Of a stretch of 64,000 bases of DNA, positions 39,609 to 48,725 are shown piece after piece (position 1 is the first letter of the stretch; every line of letters starts with the position of its first letter). The stretch is taken from the NCBI GenBank assembly GCA_963725865.1, contig CAVSAC010000012.1, positions 448,001 through 512,000 on the forward strand. Direction: 5' to 3'. This DNA comes from Candidatus Eiseniibacteriota bacterium (GTDB taxonomy: Bacteria > Eisenbacteria > RBG-16-71-46). The translations under genes were made by a program, and so were the position numbers. Under the pieces are notes generated by a model, which was not told the origin of the DNA, did not search any database, and saw nothing but the letters and a program-made list of their open reading frames with translations.

Positions 39609-41069
39609 TCAGCGCGCGAGTGCCGCGGTGCGCGTCCGCGTCATCGCGCTCACCAGCGTGAGCACCACCGCGTTCACCACCAGCGCGACCACGCCGATGT
39701 TGAGGTCGGTGATCTCCACTGGCCAGCCCGGCAGCAGCTTCGGCAGCGTGGTGCCCGAGAGCGTGATCGCCGCCACCGTCGCCACGCCCGCGAGGATACC
39801 GCCGATCGCGCCCGCGCGGGTGGCCCACGGCGTGCGGCCGAGGCTCAGGTAGAGCGCGGGCGCCAGCTGGGTGACGAGGTTGTAGCCCATCAGCAGCAGC
39901 GGCACCAGCGCCTCGCCCCCGTGCAGCGCGAAGAACACCGACAGCAGCGCCACCACCGGCACCAGCGAGCGGGCGAGCAGCCCGATGGTGCGCTCGTTCG
40001 CCGCCGGCATCAGCGGCTTCAGCACGTTCTTCGCCAGGATGGTGGCGGCGGTCATCAGCAGCATCGAGCCCGGCACCAGCGCCGTGAGCAGCCCGGCCGC
40101 GCCGATCACGCCCACCAGGCCGGGGCCGAACGAGAGCTTCGAGAGCCGCAGCAGCGACAGGTCGGCGTCGGCGCCCTCGAGCCCCGGCACCTTCAGGATC
40201 GCGGCGAAGCCGGCGAAGAACACGAACAGCAGCACCAGCTGGTAGATCGGCATCACCACCGCGTTCTTGCGGAACACGTCCGCCGAGCGCGCGGTGTACG
40301 CGCTCGCGAACGCGTGCGGCCACATGTAGAAGCCGACCGCCGTCAGCGCCACGGTCGAGACGAACCAGGTCGGGCTCAGGCCGTGGGCGGGCAGCGCGAA
40401 GAAGCCCGGTCGCGCCGCCTCGATCGCCTCGAACATCGCGCGGAAGCCGCCGTAATGGTGGATCGGCAGGTACACCCCGAGCCCGACCGCGACCGCCAGG
40501 ATCATCACGTCCTTCACCACGGCGGTCCACGCCGAGCCGTGCACGCCCGAGACGATCACGTACACCACCAGTACCGCGGTGCTGAGCCACACCGCGGCCG
40601 GGATCGAGATCGCGCCGTACGAGGTCTCGGACACGATGATGCCGAGGCCCTTCAGCTGCAGCGTCAGGTACGGCACGATCGCCGCCACGCTCACCAACGC
40701 CACCACCACGCCCAGCGCCGGGCTGTCGTAGCGCTTGATGAAGAAGTCGGCCTGCGAGTGCAGGTGGTGCTCGGTCGCGTAGCGCCACACGACGGGCAAC
40801 AGGAAGTAGGAGATGGTGTACGCGATCGCGCCGTAGCACAGGATGTAGAACGCCGGCGCGCCGCGCCCGTACGCCCACCCGCTGCCGCCGAGGAACGTGA
40901 ACGTGGTGTAGATCTCGCCGGCCATCAGCAGGAACACGAACAGCGCGCCGAAGCCGCGGCCCCCGACCGTCCACTGCTCGAGCGTCATCGTGCGGCCCCG
41001 CCGCGCCAGGATGCCGAGCGCGAACGAGAGCGCGAGGAACAGCGCCAGGATGAGGAGCGCCGCGCTCAC
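39609..41069 (-). CDS. Sodium:solute symporter (YhjB/MctP-like)
   Basis: QWTVGGRGFG...GEIYTTFTFLGGSG; about 13 TM helices; GTG start overlaps the upstream stop. Confidence 0.9.
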   Translation of the reverse strand: MSAALLILALFLALSFALGILARRGRTMTLEQWTVGGRGFGALFVFLLMAGEIYTTFTFLGGSGWAYGRGAPAFYILCYGAIAYTISYFLLPVVWRYATEHHLHSQADFFIKRYDSPALGVVVALVSVAAIVPYLTLQLKGLGIIVSETSYGAISIPAAVWLSTAVLVVYVIVSGVHGSAWTAVVKDVMILAVAVGLGVYLPIHHYGGFRAMFEAIEAARPGFFALPAHGLSPTWFVSTVALTAVGFYMWPHAFASAYTARSADVFRKNAVVMPIYQLVLLFVFFAGFAAILKVPGLEGADADLSLLRLSKLSFGPGLVGVIGAAGLLTALVPGSMLLMTAATILAKNVLKPLMPAANERTIGLLARSLVPVVALLSVFFALHGGEALVPLLLMGYNLVTQLAPALYLSLGRTPWATRAGAIGGILAGVATVAAITLSGTTLPKLLPGWPVEITDLNIGVVALVVNAVVLTLVSAMTRTRTAALAR

Positions 41070-41335
41070 CGCGGCCGGCGCTCCGCGGCGTCGGCCGCCG
41101 CGCTGCCGGCCGCCGCGCGCCCGCGGTCGCGGACGCCCGCCGCCGCGTCCGCGCGGTCGTCGAGCGCGTGGATCACCGCCATCACGACCGAGGTCGCGAG
41201 CACGCAGCCCACGATCCACGTCAGCAGGAACGGCAGGCCGAGCACGTAGGCGTGCACCCGGTTCGCGAGCGGCGCGCCGATCAGAAAGCCGGCGGCCGGC
41301 AGCAGCGCCAGCCAGCGATGCGGCCGCGCGCGCAT
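41066..41335 (-). CDS. DUF3311 small membrane partner of the symporter
   Basis: Two TM helices, NRV..YVLGLPFLL.W; coupled to the SSS gene. Confidence 0.8.
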   Translation of the reverse strand: MRARPHRWLALLPAAGFLIGAPLANRVHAYVLGLPFLLTWIVGCVLATSVVMAVIHALDDRADAAAGVRDRGRAAAGSAAADAAERRPR

Positions 41336-41470
41336 CAGCGCGTGGGCTCGGACCGCGGCGCGGCGGTTGCGGTGGACACGAGGAGCCTCCCGGTCGAGGG
41401 GCGATACGGCGGACGCGGCAGTATGCCGGGGGCGGCCGGGCACATCAATCGTCATCCGCGGCACCCGCGC

Positions 41471-42079
41471 TCAGGTCGTCCGCCGCCGCGCCTCGTCGCA
41501 GGTGCAATCCAGGCAGCCGTGGATGCTGCACGTGCCGCAGACGCGCTCGAGCTGGCGGCGCAGCGCGTCGCGCGCGCGAAACAGTCGCACCGAGGCGTTG
41601 TTCGCGGTGATGCCCGCGCGCTCGGCGTAGGCCTTCACGCTGCCGCCCGCCAGGTCGACGATGCGCAGCGCGTCGGCGTACTCGGGCTTGAGCGTGGGCA
41701 GCAGCTGCGAGGCGCAGGTGCAGACTTCGTCCATCAGCTCGGCGTCCACGCCCGGGACCGACTCCGCGGCGGCCGACGCCACCCGCTCGATCGCGCGCTG
41801 CTCGACGCCGCGGCGGCGCCAGTGGTCGACCAGCGCGTTGCGCAGGCTGCGGTAGAACCACGCCACCACCGAGTCCTGGTCGCGCAGCTGGCCGGCGCGC
41901 GCGAGCCCGCGCACGAACGCGTCCTGCAGCAGGTCCTCGGCCACTTCGCGCGAGCCCACGCGCCGCTCGAGGAACGCGAGGAAGCGCCGGTGGTTCGCGA
42001 CCAGCACGTCGACCACCGCCGGGCTCGCGGGGAGCAGCGGCTCGTCGTCGAGCGGCGGGACGGGAATGGGCTCGTGCAT
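41471..42079 (-). CDS. CorE-like ECF sigma factor with CxC motif and Cys-rich C-terminus
   Basis: AEDLLQDAF in region 2, VCTC before region 4, and a C-terminal CGTCSIHGCLDCTC. Confidence 0.88.
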   Translation of the reverse strand: MHEPIPVPPLDDEPLLPASPAVVDVLVANHRRFLAFLERRVGSREVAEDLLQDAFVRGLARAGQLRDQDSVVAWFYRSLRNALVDHWRRRGVEQRAIERVASAAAESVPGVDAELMDEVCTCASQLLPTLKPEYADALRIVDLAGGSVKAYAERAGITANNASVRLFRARDALRRQLERVCGTCSIHGCLDCTCDEARRRTT

Positions 42080-42153
42080 CGGAGATCCCTCGAGGCCTGC
42101 GGTGGTGCGGCGCCGCGACCAGCCTACAGGCTCGCGGCGCCGCGGTCAGCCGC

Positions 42154-42300
42154 TCAGCAGCAGGCCCGGGTCGGGGCGCAATCGCAGTCCGGACCGCACG
42201 GGCAGGGCGTGCGCTCGCCCGCGGAGGCATCGGCGGGTCGGCAGCGGCATTCGGCGCAGGCGCAACCCTTGCCAGAGGTGCAACGGGTCGATTCGTTCAT
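42154..42300 (-). CDS. Metallothionein-like small protein (48 aa, 11 Cys)
   Basis: Hand translation MNESTRCTSGKGCACAECRCRPADASAGERTPCPCGPDCDCAPTRACC*. GAGGA RBS 7 nt upstream; below the ORF-track size cutoff. Confidence 0.75.
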   Translation of the reverse strand: MNESTRCTSGKGCACAECRCRPADASAGERTPCPCGPDCDCAPTRACC

Positions 42301-42375
42301 GGGGAGGTCCTCGGGTCCGGGCGCCCGCGGCCGGGTCGGTGTCTCCGCCGGCCGCGCGGCGCGTCCACCCCTGCC

Positions 42376-42401
42376 GACGCAGCCGCGGGGCCGGCCTTAC
42401 A
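42376..42401 (-). promoter_or_regulatory. Candidate ECF promoter for the metallothionein-like/corE-like unit
   Basis: Minus strand TGTAAG-N16-CGTC, about 75 nt upstream of the small ORF. Confidence 0.55.
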
Positions 42402-42487
42402 CCGAGTCCTTGTCCGGGCGCCGCCCCGCCATTAGAGTCTCGCGCCACGTCTTCGTGCCCCCACCCTGAGGCGGACTCCCCGAACCC

Positions 42488-43675
42488 ATGTCGCCGACCT
42501 TCCCCGAGTGGCTCAACCTGGTCCTGCGCTGGGCGCACGTCGTCGCGGCGATCATGTGGATCGGCGATTCGTTCCTGTTTATGTGGCTGGACTCGAGCCT
42601 CGAGAAGCCGGCGCGCCCGCGCGAAGGCGAGGTGGTGGGCGAGCTGTGGATGACCCACTCGGGTGGCTTCTACGAGGTGGTCAAGCACCGGGCACTCGCC
42701 CACTTGCCGCCCCGGCTCCACTGGTTCGAATGGCAGAGCTACACCACCTGGATCACCGGCGTGCTGCTGCTGCTGGTGGTGTTCGGGCTCGGTGGCCGGG
42801 TGATGCTGCTGGATCCGGCCTCGCCGCTTTCGCACGGCGAGGGGATGCTGATCGTGCTCGGCGTGCTGGGGGCGGGCGTGCTCGGCTACGACCTGCTGTG
42901 CCGCATCCCGCTGCTGCGCGACGGGCGCGTGATGGGGGTGGTGGGGCTGGCGCTCATCACCGCTCTGACGTGGGCGCTGACGCGGGTGTTCCTGCCGCGC
43001 GCTGCGTTCCTGCTGATCGGCGCCATGCTCGGCAGCATCATGACGGCGAACGTGTTCTTCGGGATCATCCCGGCGCAGCGCCACATGGTCGAGGCCACGC
43101 GCGCGGGGCGGCCGGTCGACACCTCGTACGGCGCGCGCGCCAAGCAGCGCTCGATCCACAACCACTACCTGACGCTGCCGGTGCTGTTCACGATGCTCTC
43201 AAACCACTTCCCCGGGCTCTACGGGCATTCGTACGCATGGGCGGTGCTGGGTCTGCTGTTCGTGCTGGGCGCGGGCGCCAAGCACGTGATGAACCGCGGC
43301 GCGCGCACCCACGCGCTGGTGTACGCCGGCACGCTCGCGAGCCTGGTGGGGGTGGCGCTGCTCACCGCTCCGCCGGGCGACCCGCCCGAGCTGCACGCGC
43401 TCGACGGGCACCCGCCGGTCGACCAGGCGACCGCGAGCGCGATCGTGCAGATGCGCTGCGTGCCGTGCCACGCGACTCATCCCAGCAACGGCGCGTTCGC
43501 GGCGCCGCCGGCGGGCGTGGCGCTCGAGCGCGAGGACCTGATGGAGGCGTACGCCGAGCGCATCCTGGTGCGGGCGTACCTCACCCACACGATGCCGCTC
43601 GGCAACCTGACCGGCATCACCGAAGCGGAGCGCGTCACGCTCGGCGCGTGGGCGCTGCAGCAGCGCCAGCGATGA
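42488..43675 (+). CDS. puuD: Urate hydroxylase PuuD (membrane domain + cytochrome c)
   Basis: RWAHVVAAIMWIG, HSGGFY, LHWFEWQSY.TW, RSIHNHY.TLPV, C-terminal CVPCH and MPLGN. Confidence 0.92.
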   Translation: MSPTFPEWLNLVLRWAHVVAAIMWIGDSFLFMWLDSSLEKPARPREGEVVGELWMTHSGGFYEVVKHRALAHLPPRLHWFEWQSYTTWITGVLLLLVVFGLGGRVMLLDPASPLSHGEGMLIVLGVLGAGVLGYDLLCRIPLLRDGRVMGVVGLALITALTWALTRVFLPRAAFLLIGAMLGSIMTANVFFGIIPAQRHMVEATRAGRPVDTSYGARAKQRSIHNHYLTLPVLFTMLSNHFPGLYGHSYAWAVLGLLFVLGAGAKHVMNRGARTHALVYAGTLASLVGVALLTAPPGDPPELHALDGHPPVDQATASAIVQMRCVPCHATHPSNGAFAAPPAGVALEREDLMEAYAERILVRAYLTHTMPLGNLTGITEAERVTLGAWALQQRQR

Positions 43676-43688
43676 GCGCGCCGCGGCG

Positions 43689-45053
43689 ATGAGCACGCTG
43701 GTGATGCGCGGCCGGCGGGTGGCGCTGCCCGAGGGCATCCGGGCGGCCGCGCTGCACGTCGAGGACGGGCGCATCGCGCGCATCACCGACTACGACGTCG
43801 CGGGCGACGCCGACTCCGTGGTCGACGCCGGCGATCGACTGCTGATCCCCGGCGTGGTCGACACGCACGTCCACATGAACGAGCCCGGACGCACCGAGTG
43901 GGAGGGCATCGCCACGGCGACCGCGGCGGCGGCGGCGGGCGGCGTCACCACCGTGGTGGACATGCCGCTCAACTGCGTGCCGGTCACCACCACGCGCGCC
44001 GCACTCGCCGCCAAGCGCGAGGCGCTCGAGGCCCGCGCGCACGTCGACGTGGCGTGCTGGGGCGGCTTGGTGCCGGGCAACACGGGCGAGCTGCGCGGGC
44101 TGGCCGCGGACGGCGTGGTGGGCTTCAAGTGCTTCCTGTGCCCCTCGGGCGTGGACGAGTTCCCACCGGTCACCCGCGCGGACCTCGACGCGGCGCTGCC
44201 GGTGCTGCGCGAGCTGCGGCTGCCGCTGCTCGTGCACGCCGAGCTGCCAGGTCCGCTCGCCCGGGCGGCGCTGGCGATGGCGAGCGAGCCGGGCGATCCG
44301 CGCGCGCACGCGACGTGGCTGCGCGCGCGTCCGACGGAGGCCGAGGAGGAGGCGGTCACGCTGGTGATCGACCGCTGCCGCGAGCACCGCGCGTGGGCGC
44401 ACATCGTGCACGTCTCGAGCGCCACGGTGCTGCGGCGGCTCGCCCAGGCGCGGGCCGAGCTCCTGTCGATCACCGCCGAGACCTGCCCGCACTACCTGAC
44501 GTTCGACGCCGATGCAATCCCCGACGGCGCCACGCACTTCAAGTGCGCCCCGCCGCTGCGCGACGCGGCGAATCGCGAGCGGCTGTGGGACGGCCTGCTC
44601 GATGGCACGCTCAACCTGGTGGCGTCGGACCACTCACCGTGCCCGCCGGCGCTCAAGCGGCTCGACGCGGGCGACTTCTTCGACGCGTGGGGCGGGATCG
44701 CGAGCCTGCAGCTCGGACTGTCCGCGCTGTGGACCGGCGCGCGCGAGCGCGGCATCGACCTCCACCGGATGCTACTCTGGTGCACGGAGGCGCCCGCGCG
44801 GCTGGCCGGGCTGGGTGGGCGCAAGGGCGGCCTGCGGGTGGGGGCCGACGCCGACGTGGTGATCTGGGACGAGGAGGCGACCGAGGTGGTGAGTGCGGCG
44901 ACCCTGAGGCATCGTCACCCGCTCACGCCCTACCTCGGCCGCACGCTGCGCGGCGTGGTCGAGTCCACCTGGGTGCGCGGCCGGCCGGTATACCGCCGCG
45001 CCACCGGAGTCAGCAGCCCGCCGATCGGGTCGTTCATCCACGGGCGCGCCTGA
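43689..45053 (+). CDS. allB: Allantoinase
   Basis: DTHVHMNEPGRTEWEG, DMPLN, GFKCF, ETCPHYL, KCAPPLR, SDHSP, WGGI. Confidence 0.93.
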   Translation: MSTLVMRGRRVALPEGIRAAALHVEDGRIARITDYDVAGDADSVVDAGDRLLIPGVVDTHVHMNEPGRTEWEGIATATAAAAAGGVTTVVDMPLNCVPVTTTRAALAAKREALEARAHVDVACWGGLVPGNTGELRGLAADGVVGFKCFLCPSGVDEFPPVTRADLDAALPVLRELRLPLLVHAELPGPLARAALAMASEPGDPRAHATWLRARPTEAEEEAVTLVIDRCREHRAWAHIVHVSSATVLRRLAQARAELLSITAETCPHYLTFDADAIPDGATHFKCAPPLRDAANRERLWDGLLDGTLNLVASDHSPCPPALKRLDAGDFFDAWGGIASLQLGLSALWTGARERGIDLHRMLLWCTEAPARLAGLGGRKGGLRVGADADVVIWDEEATEVVSAATLRHRHPLTPYLGRTLRGVVESTWVRGRPVYRRATGVSSPPIGSFIHGRA

Positions 45054-45087
45054 CGCGCCCGCAGCCAGCCCACACGCGAGGAGAGCC

Positions 45088-46683
45088 GTGTCCCATTCCG
45101 CGCCCATGCCCGAGGTCTTCGCCGCGCTGACCGACCTGTCGGCGGACGCGACCGGCACCTTCGTGCTGTACGCCACCGACGACTATTTCGCGGCCAAGGA
45201 GAACCTGATCCGACCCGACGCGCCGGTCTGGAAGGAGGGCGAGTACACCGACCGCGGCAAGTGGATGGACGGCTGGGAATCGCAGCGCCGCCGCGCTCCG
45301 GGCCACGACTTCGCGATCGTGCGGCTCGGAACGCCGGGGACCATCAGCGGGCTCCTGTGCGACACCACGCACTTCAAGGGCAACGCCCCGCAGGAGGTCG
45401 CGCTCGAGGTGCTCGACCTGCCGCACACCGCGACCGCCGACGAGCTGCTGGCGCTGCCGGCGGCGCGCGACGCGGCCGAACAGCGCGCGCTCGGCGGCCG
45501 CGCGTGGCTCGAGGTGCTGCCGCGCACTGTCGTGCGGCCCGACACCGCGAACGTGCTCGCGCTGCCGCAGCCGAGCGGCCGCGCGAGCCACGTGCGGCTC
45601 CACATCCATCCCGACGGCGGGGTGGCGCGCCTGCGCGTGTATGGCACCGTGCGGCCGGCGCCGCGGGTGTTCTGGGGCGCGGGTGCCGTCGACCTGGCGG
45701 CGATCGAGCACGGGGGCACCATCGCGGCGGCGAGCGACTCGTTCTTCGGACCGCCTTCCAACCTGCTGCTGCCGGGCCGCGGCACCCACATGGGCGACGG
45801 CTGGGAGACCCGCCGCCGCCGCACGCCGGGCACCGACTGGTGCGTGATCCAGCTCGGCCGCCGCGGCGTGGTGGAGCGGATCGAACTCGACACCCATTTC
45901 TTCAAGGGCAACGCGCCGCAGGCGGCGATCGTCGAGTGCCTCGACGCCGAGGCGCTCGCCCCGCGCGAGGTGGCCGAGCGGCTCGCGGGCGGCGCCGGCT
46001 GGGACACGCTGATCGAGCGCACGCCGCTGGTGCCGCACCGGCTCCACGTGCTGGAGCCGGCGCTGCCGCGCGCGGTCACCCACCTGCGCGTGCACATCGA
46101 CCCGCACGGCGGCGTCAACCGGCTGCGGGCGTTCGGGCACGCGAGCGACACCGCGATGGAGCGGCGCGCGCTGGCGGCGCTGCACGGGCTGCCCGAGGTG
46201 GAGCTGCTGGCGCTGCTGCGCTCGTTCTGCGGCGCCCCGGCGTTCGCGGAGCAGGTGAGCGAGGCGCGGCCGTTCGGCTCGGCGCGCGCGTGGTTCGCGG
46301 CCGCGAGTGCGGCGTTCGCGGCGTTCCACCCCGACGACTGGCTGGCGGCGTTCGCGGCGCACCCGCGCCTCGGCGACGCGGCGCCGGCGCCCGGGCAGAC
46401 CGCGCGCTCCGCCGAGTGGTCGCGCGGCGAGCAGGCCGGCGTGGCGGGCGGCGACGCCGCGGTGCAGGGGCGCCTGCGGTCCGCGAACGAGGAGTACGCA
46501 CGGCGGTTCGGCTTCATCTTCATCCTGTGCGCGAGCGAGGTCGGAGCGGGGCAGGTGCTGGCGGCGCTCGAGGAACGCCTCGGCCACGACCGCGACGCCG
46601 AGCTCGCGATCGCGGCGCGCGAGCAGGCGCGCATCACGCGCCTGCGCATGGAATCGTGGCTGCTGGCGGCGGCCGCCGGCTGA
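45088..46683 (+). CDS. alc: Allantoicase fused to OHCU decarboxylase (UraD)
   Basis: Two allantoicase repeats (DGWE.RRRR, DT.HFKGN, P.GGV.RLR), then AHPRLG...S..EQAG...N..Y..RFGFIFILCA...EQ.RI..LR. Confidence 0.9.
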   Translation: MSHSAPMPEVFAALTDLSADATGTFVLYATDDYFAAKENLIRPDAPVWKEGEYTDRGKWMDGWESQRRRAPGHDFAIVRLGTPGTISGLLCDTTHFKGNAPQEVALEVLDLPHTATADELLALPAARDAAEQRALGGRAWLEVLPRTVVRPDTANVLALPQPSGRASHVRLHIHPDGGVARLRVYGTVRPAPRVFWGAGAVDLAAIEHGGTIAAASDSFFGPPSNLLLPGRGTHMGDGWETRRRRTPGTDWCVIQLGRRGVVERIELDTHFFKGNAPQAAIVECLDAEALAPREVAERLAGGAGWDTLIERTPLVPHRLHVLEPALPRAVTHLRVHIDPHGGVNRLRAFGHASDTAMERRALAALHGLPEVELLALLRSFCGAPAFAEQVSEARPFGSARAWFAAASAAFAAFHPDDWLAAFAAHPRLGDAAPAPGQTARSAEWSRGEQAGVAGGDAAVQGRLRSANEEYARRFGFIFILCASEVGAGQVLAALEERLGHDRDAELAIAAREQARITRLRMESWLLAAAAG

Positions 46684-46697
46684 GCGAGGAGGACACC

Positions 46698-47036
46698 GTG
46701 TCGATCAGCACCCACATCCTGGACACCACCCGCGGGCGGCCGGCGAGCGGCGTCGCGGTCACGCTCGAGCGGCTCGACGGCGCGGGCGCCGTGCGGCTCG
46801 GCGGCGGCGCGACCGACGCCGACGGTCGCGTGCGCGCGCTGGTGCCGGAGGGCACGGCGCTCGCCGCCGGCACCTATCGGCTGCGCTTCGAGGTCGGCGA
46901 GTACTTCGCGCGGCTCGGCGTGGAGGCGTTCTATCCGCGGGTCGAGATCACGTTCGCGGTGGCCTCGCCGGGCGGGCACCACCACGTGCCGCTGCTGCTG
47001 AGCCCGTTCGGCTACTGCACGTACCGGGGCTCGTGA
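46698..47036 (+). CDS. uraH: Hydroxyisourate hydrolase (transthyretin-like)
   Basis: GTG start with GGAGG RBS; STHILDT..G.PA, HVPLLLSPFGY, terminal YRGS. Confidence 0.93.
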   Translation: MSISTHILDTTRGRPASGVAVTLERLDGAGAVRLGGGATDADGRVRALVPEGTALAAGTYRLRFEVGEYFARLGVEAFYPRVEITFAVASPGGHHHVPLLLSPFGYCTYRGS

Positions 47037-47566
47037 TGGCGGCCGGCGCGCCGCACGCGGCCGAGGTGTTCGCCGAGCCGCTGACGCCCGCCGCGTTCGC
47101 GCCGTTCGGCGACGTGATCGCGGCCGGCCGCGGCGCCGGACGCGACACCAACCTCGGCACCGCGGTGCGCTTCGACTGGACCACGGTGCTCGAGAACACG
47201 CGCCCGCAGGCGCAGGCGAACCTCGCGGTGTTCCGCTCCACGGCGCAGGCGCTGCCGTTCAGGCTGACGCTGCTCGAGCGCCATCCGTGCTCGAGCCAGG
47301 TGTTCCTCCCGATGGTGTGCACGCGCTTCCTGATCTGCGTGGCGCCCGACCGCCCGGACGGCGGGCCCGATCCGCGCGGCCTGCGCGCGTTCGTGTGCGG
47401 GCCCGGGGAGGGGATCGCGTTCCGCCGCGGGGTGTGGCACCACCCGATCCTGGCGCTCGACGGCCCCGCCGAATTCGGGATGCTGGCCTGGGAGGACGGC
47501 TCGCCGCGCGACTGCGAGGAGCGGCCGCTCGCCCCGCCGGTGGTGGTGCGGGAGCCGCGCGCCTGA
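47036..47566 (+). CDS. allA: Ureidoglycolate lyase
   Basis: PLT..AFAPFGDVI, LERHP.SSQ.F.P, GVWHHP; TGATG coupling to uraH. Confidence 0.88.
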   Translation: MAAGAPHAAEVFAEPLTPAAFAPFGDVIAAGRGAGRDTNLGTAVRFDWTTVLENTRPQAQANLAVFRSTAQALPFRLTLLERHPCSSQVFLPMVCTRFLICVAPDRPDGGPDPRGLRAFVCGPGEGIAFRRGVWHHPILALDGPAEFGMLAWEDGSPRDCEERPLAPPVVVREPRA

Positions 47567-47597
47567 GGCGTAGTCGCGCGCCCGGGACGCGGCGGCG

Positions 47598-48503
47598 TCA
47601 GCGCAGGTACGCGAGCAGCGGCGTGAGCGTGAACGGGCTCAGCAGCGTGGTGAGCAGCACCACGGACGCCACGAACGAGGGCTCGACGTCGTACTCCGAG
47701 GCGAGGATGGTGCCGATCACGGCCGACGGCATCGCGGACTGCAGCACGCCGGCCTGGCGCGCCATGCCGCTCAGACCGAACAGCGGCGCCAGCAGCAGGC
47801 CCGCGCCGGCTCCGCCCGCCAGCCGCAGTCCGGCCGCCATCAGCATCGGGCGCACGGGCCCCTGCAGGCGCGCGCCGCGCAGCTGCATGCCGAGCACCAC
47901 GAGGAACACCGGCACGCATGCCTGCGCCAGCAGGTGCACGCCGCTCGCGAGCGGCCCCGGCAGCGCGAGCCCCGCGCGCATCATCCCGAACGCGAGCACC
48001 ACTGCCCACACGGTCGGGATGCGCAACAGTCCGAGCAGGGAATCGCGCAGACCGGCGCGTCCCATCGAGGCCACGAACACCCCGGCGGTGTAGCTGATGA
48101 TCGCCGAGGTGAGGAAGAACAGACTCGCCTGCGCCAGCCCCGCCTCGCCGAACGCGAGCAGGTTGACCGACATGCCGTAGTTGCCGGCGTTGGTCAGCAG
48201 CACCGTGAGGATCACGGCGCTCGCGAGCGGCCGCGGCCAGCGACGCCAGCGCGCGATCGCGAACGCGACCGCGGCCGGCAGCACCAGGCACGAGGCGGCG
48301 AAGCCCATCATGCGCAGCAGGGCGGCGACCGGCACGTGGCTCTGGAGGATGACCTCGAAGATCAGGCAGGGCGCGAGCAGGTAGAGCGCGACCTGGGCGA
48401 GCCCGCGCGGATCGGGCCGCAGCGTGACCGCCAGCGCGTAGCCGGCCCCGGCGGTCAGAAACACCGGCAGCAGGTTGTCCGCGAACAGGCGCAGTAGGTC
48501 CAT
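47598..48503 (-). CDS. AEC (auxin efflux carrier) family transporter
   Basis: PCLIF, NAGNYG and AMPSAV motifs; about 10 TM helices. Confidence 0.87.
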   Translation of the reverse strand: MDLLRLFADNLLPVFLTAGAGYALAVTLRPDPRGLAQVALYLLAPCLIFEVILQSHVPVAALLRMMGFAASCLVLPAAVAFAIARWRRWPRPLASAVILTVLLTNAGNYGMSVNLLAFGEAGLAQASLFFLTSAIISYTAGVFVASMGRAGLRDSLLGLLRIPTVWAVVLAFGMMRAGLALPGPLASGVHLLAQACVPVFLVVLGMQLRGARLQGPVRPMLMAAGLRLAGGAGAGLLLAPLFGLSGMARQAGVLQSAMPSAVIGTILASEYDVEPSFVASVVLLTTLLSPFTLTPLLAYLR

Positions 48504-48725
48504 CGAGTTGCGCCTCCAGAGGGGTGAAGCCGGCCAGCGGGCCCGAGCGGAAACCGCACGATTCCGGTTCCGGGCCGTGGAGTCAATCCGGGCCCGGATC
48601 CGTGCCCACACCAGCGCGGCAGATGCCCTGCCCAGCGCGGGGAAACTCGACACCGGCTTGACCGTCGATTCCTCATGAGGACTATGCTTCAGACAGGATC
48701 TCTATCCGCCTCCCAGAGGAAGCCC

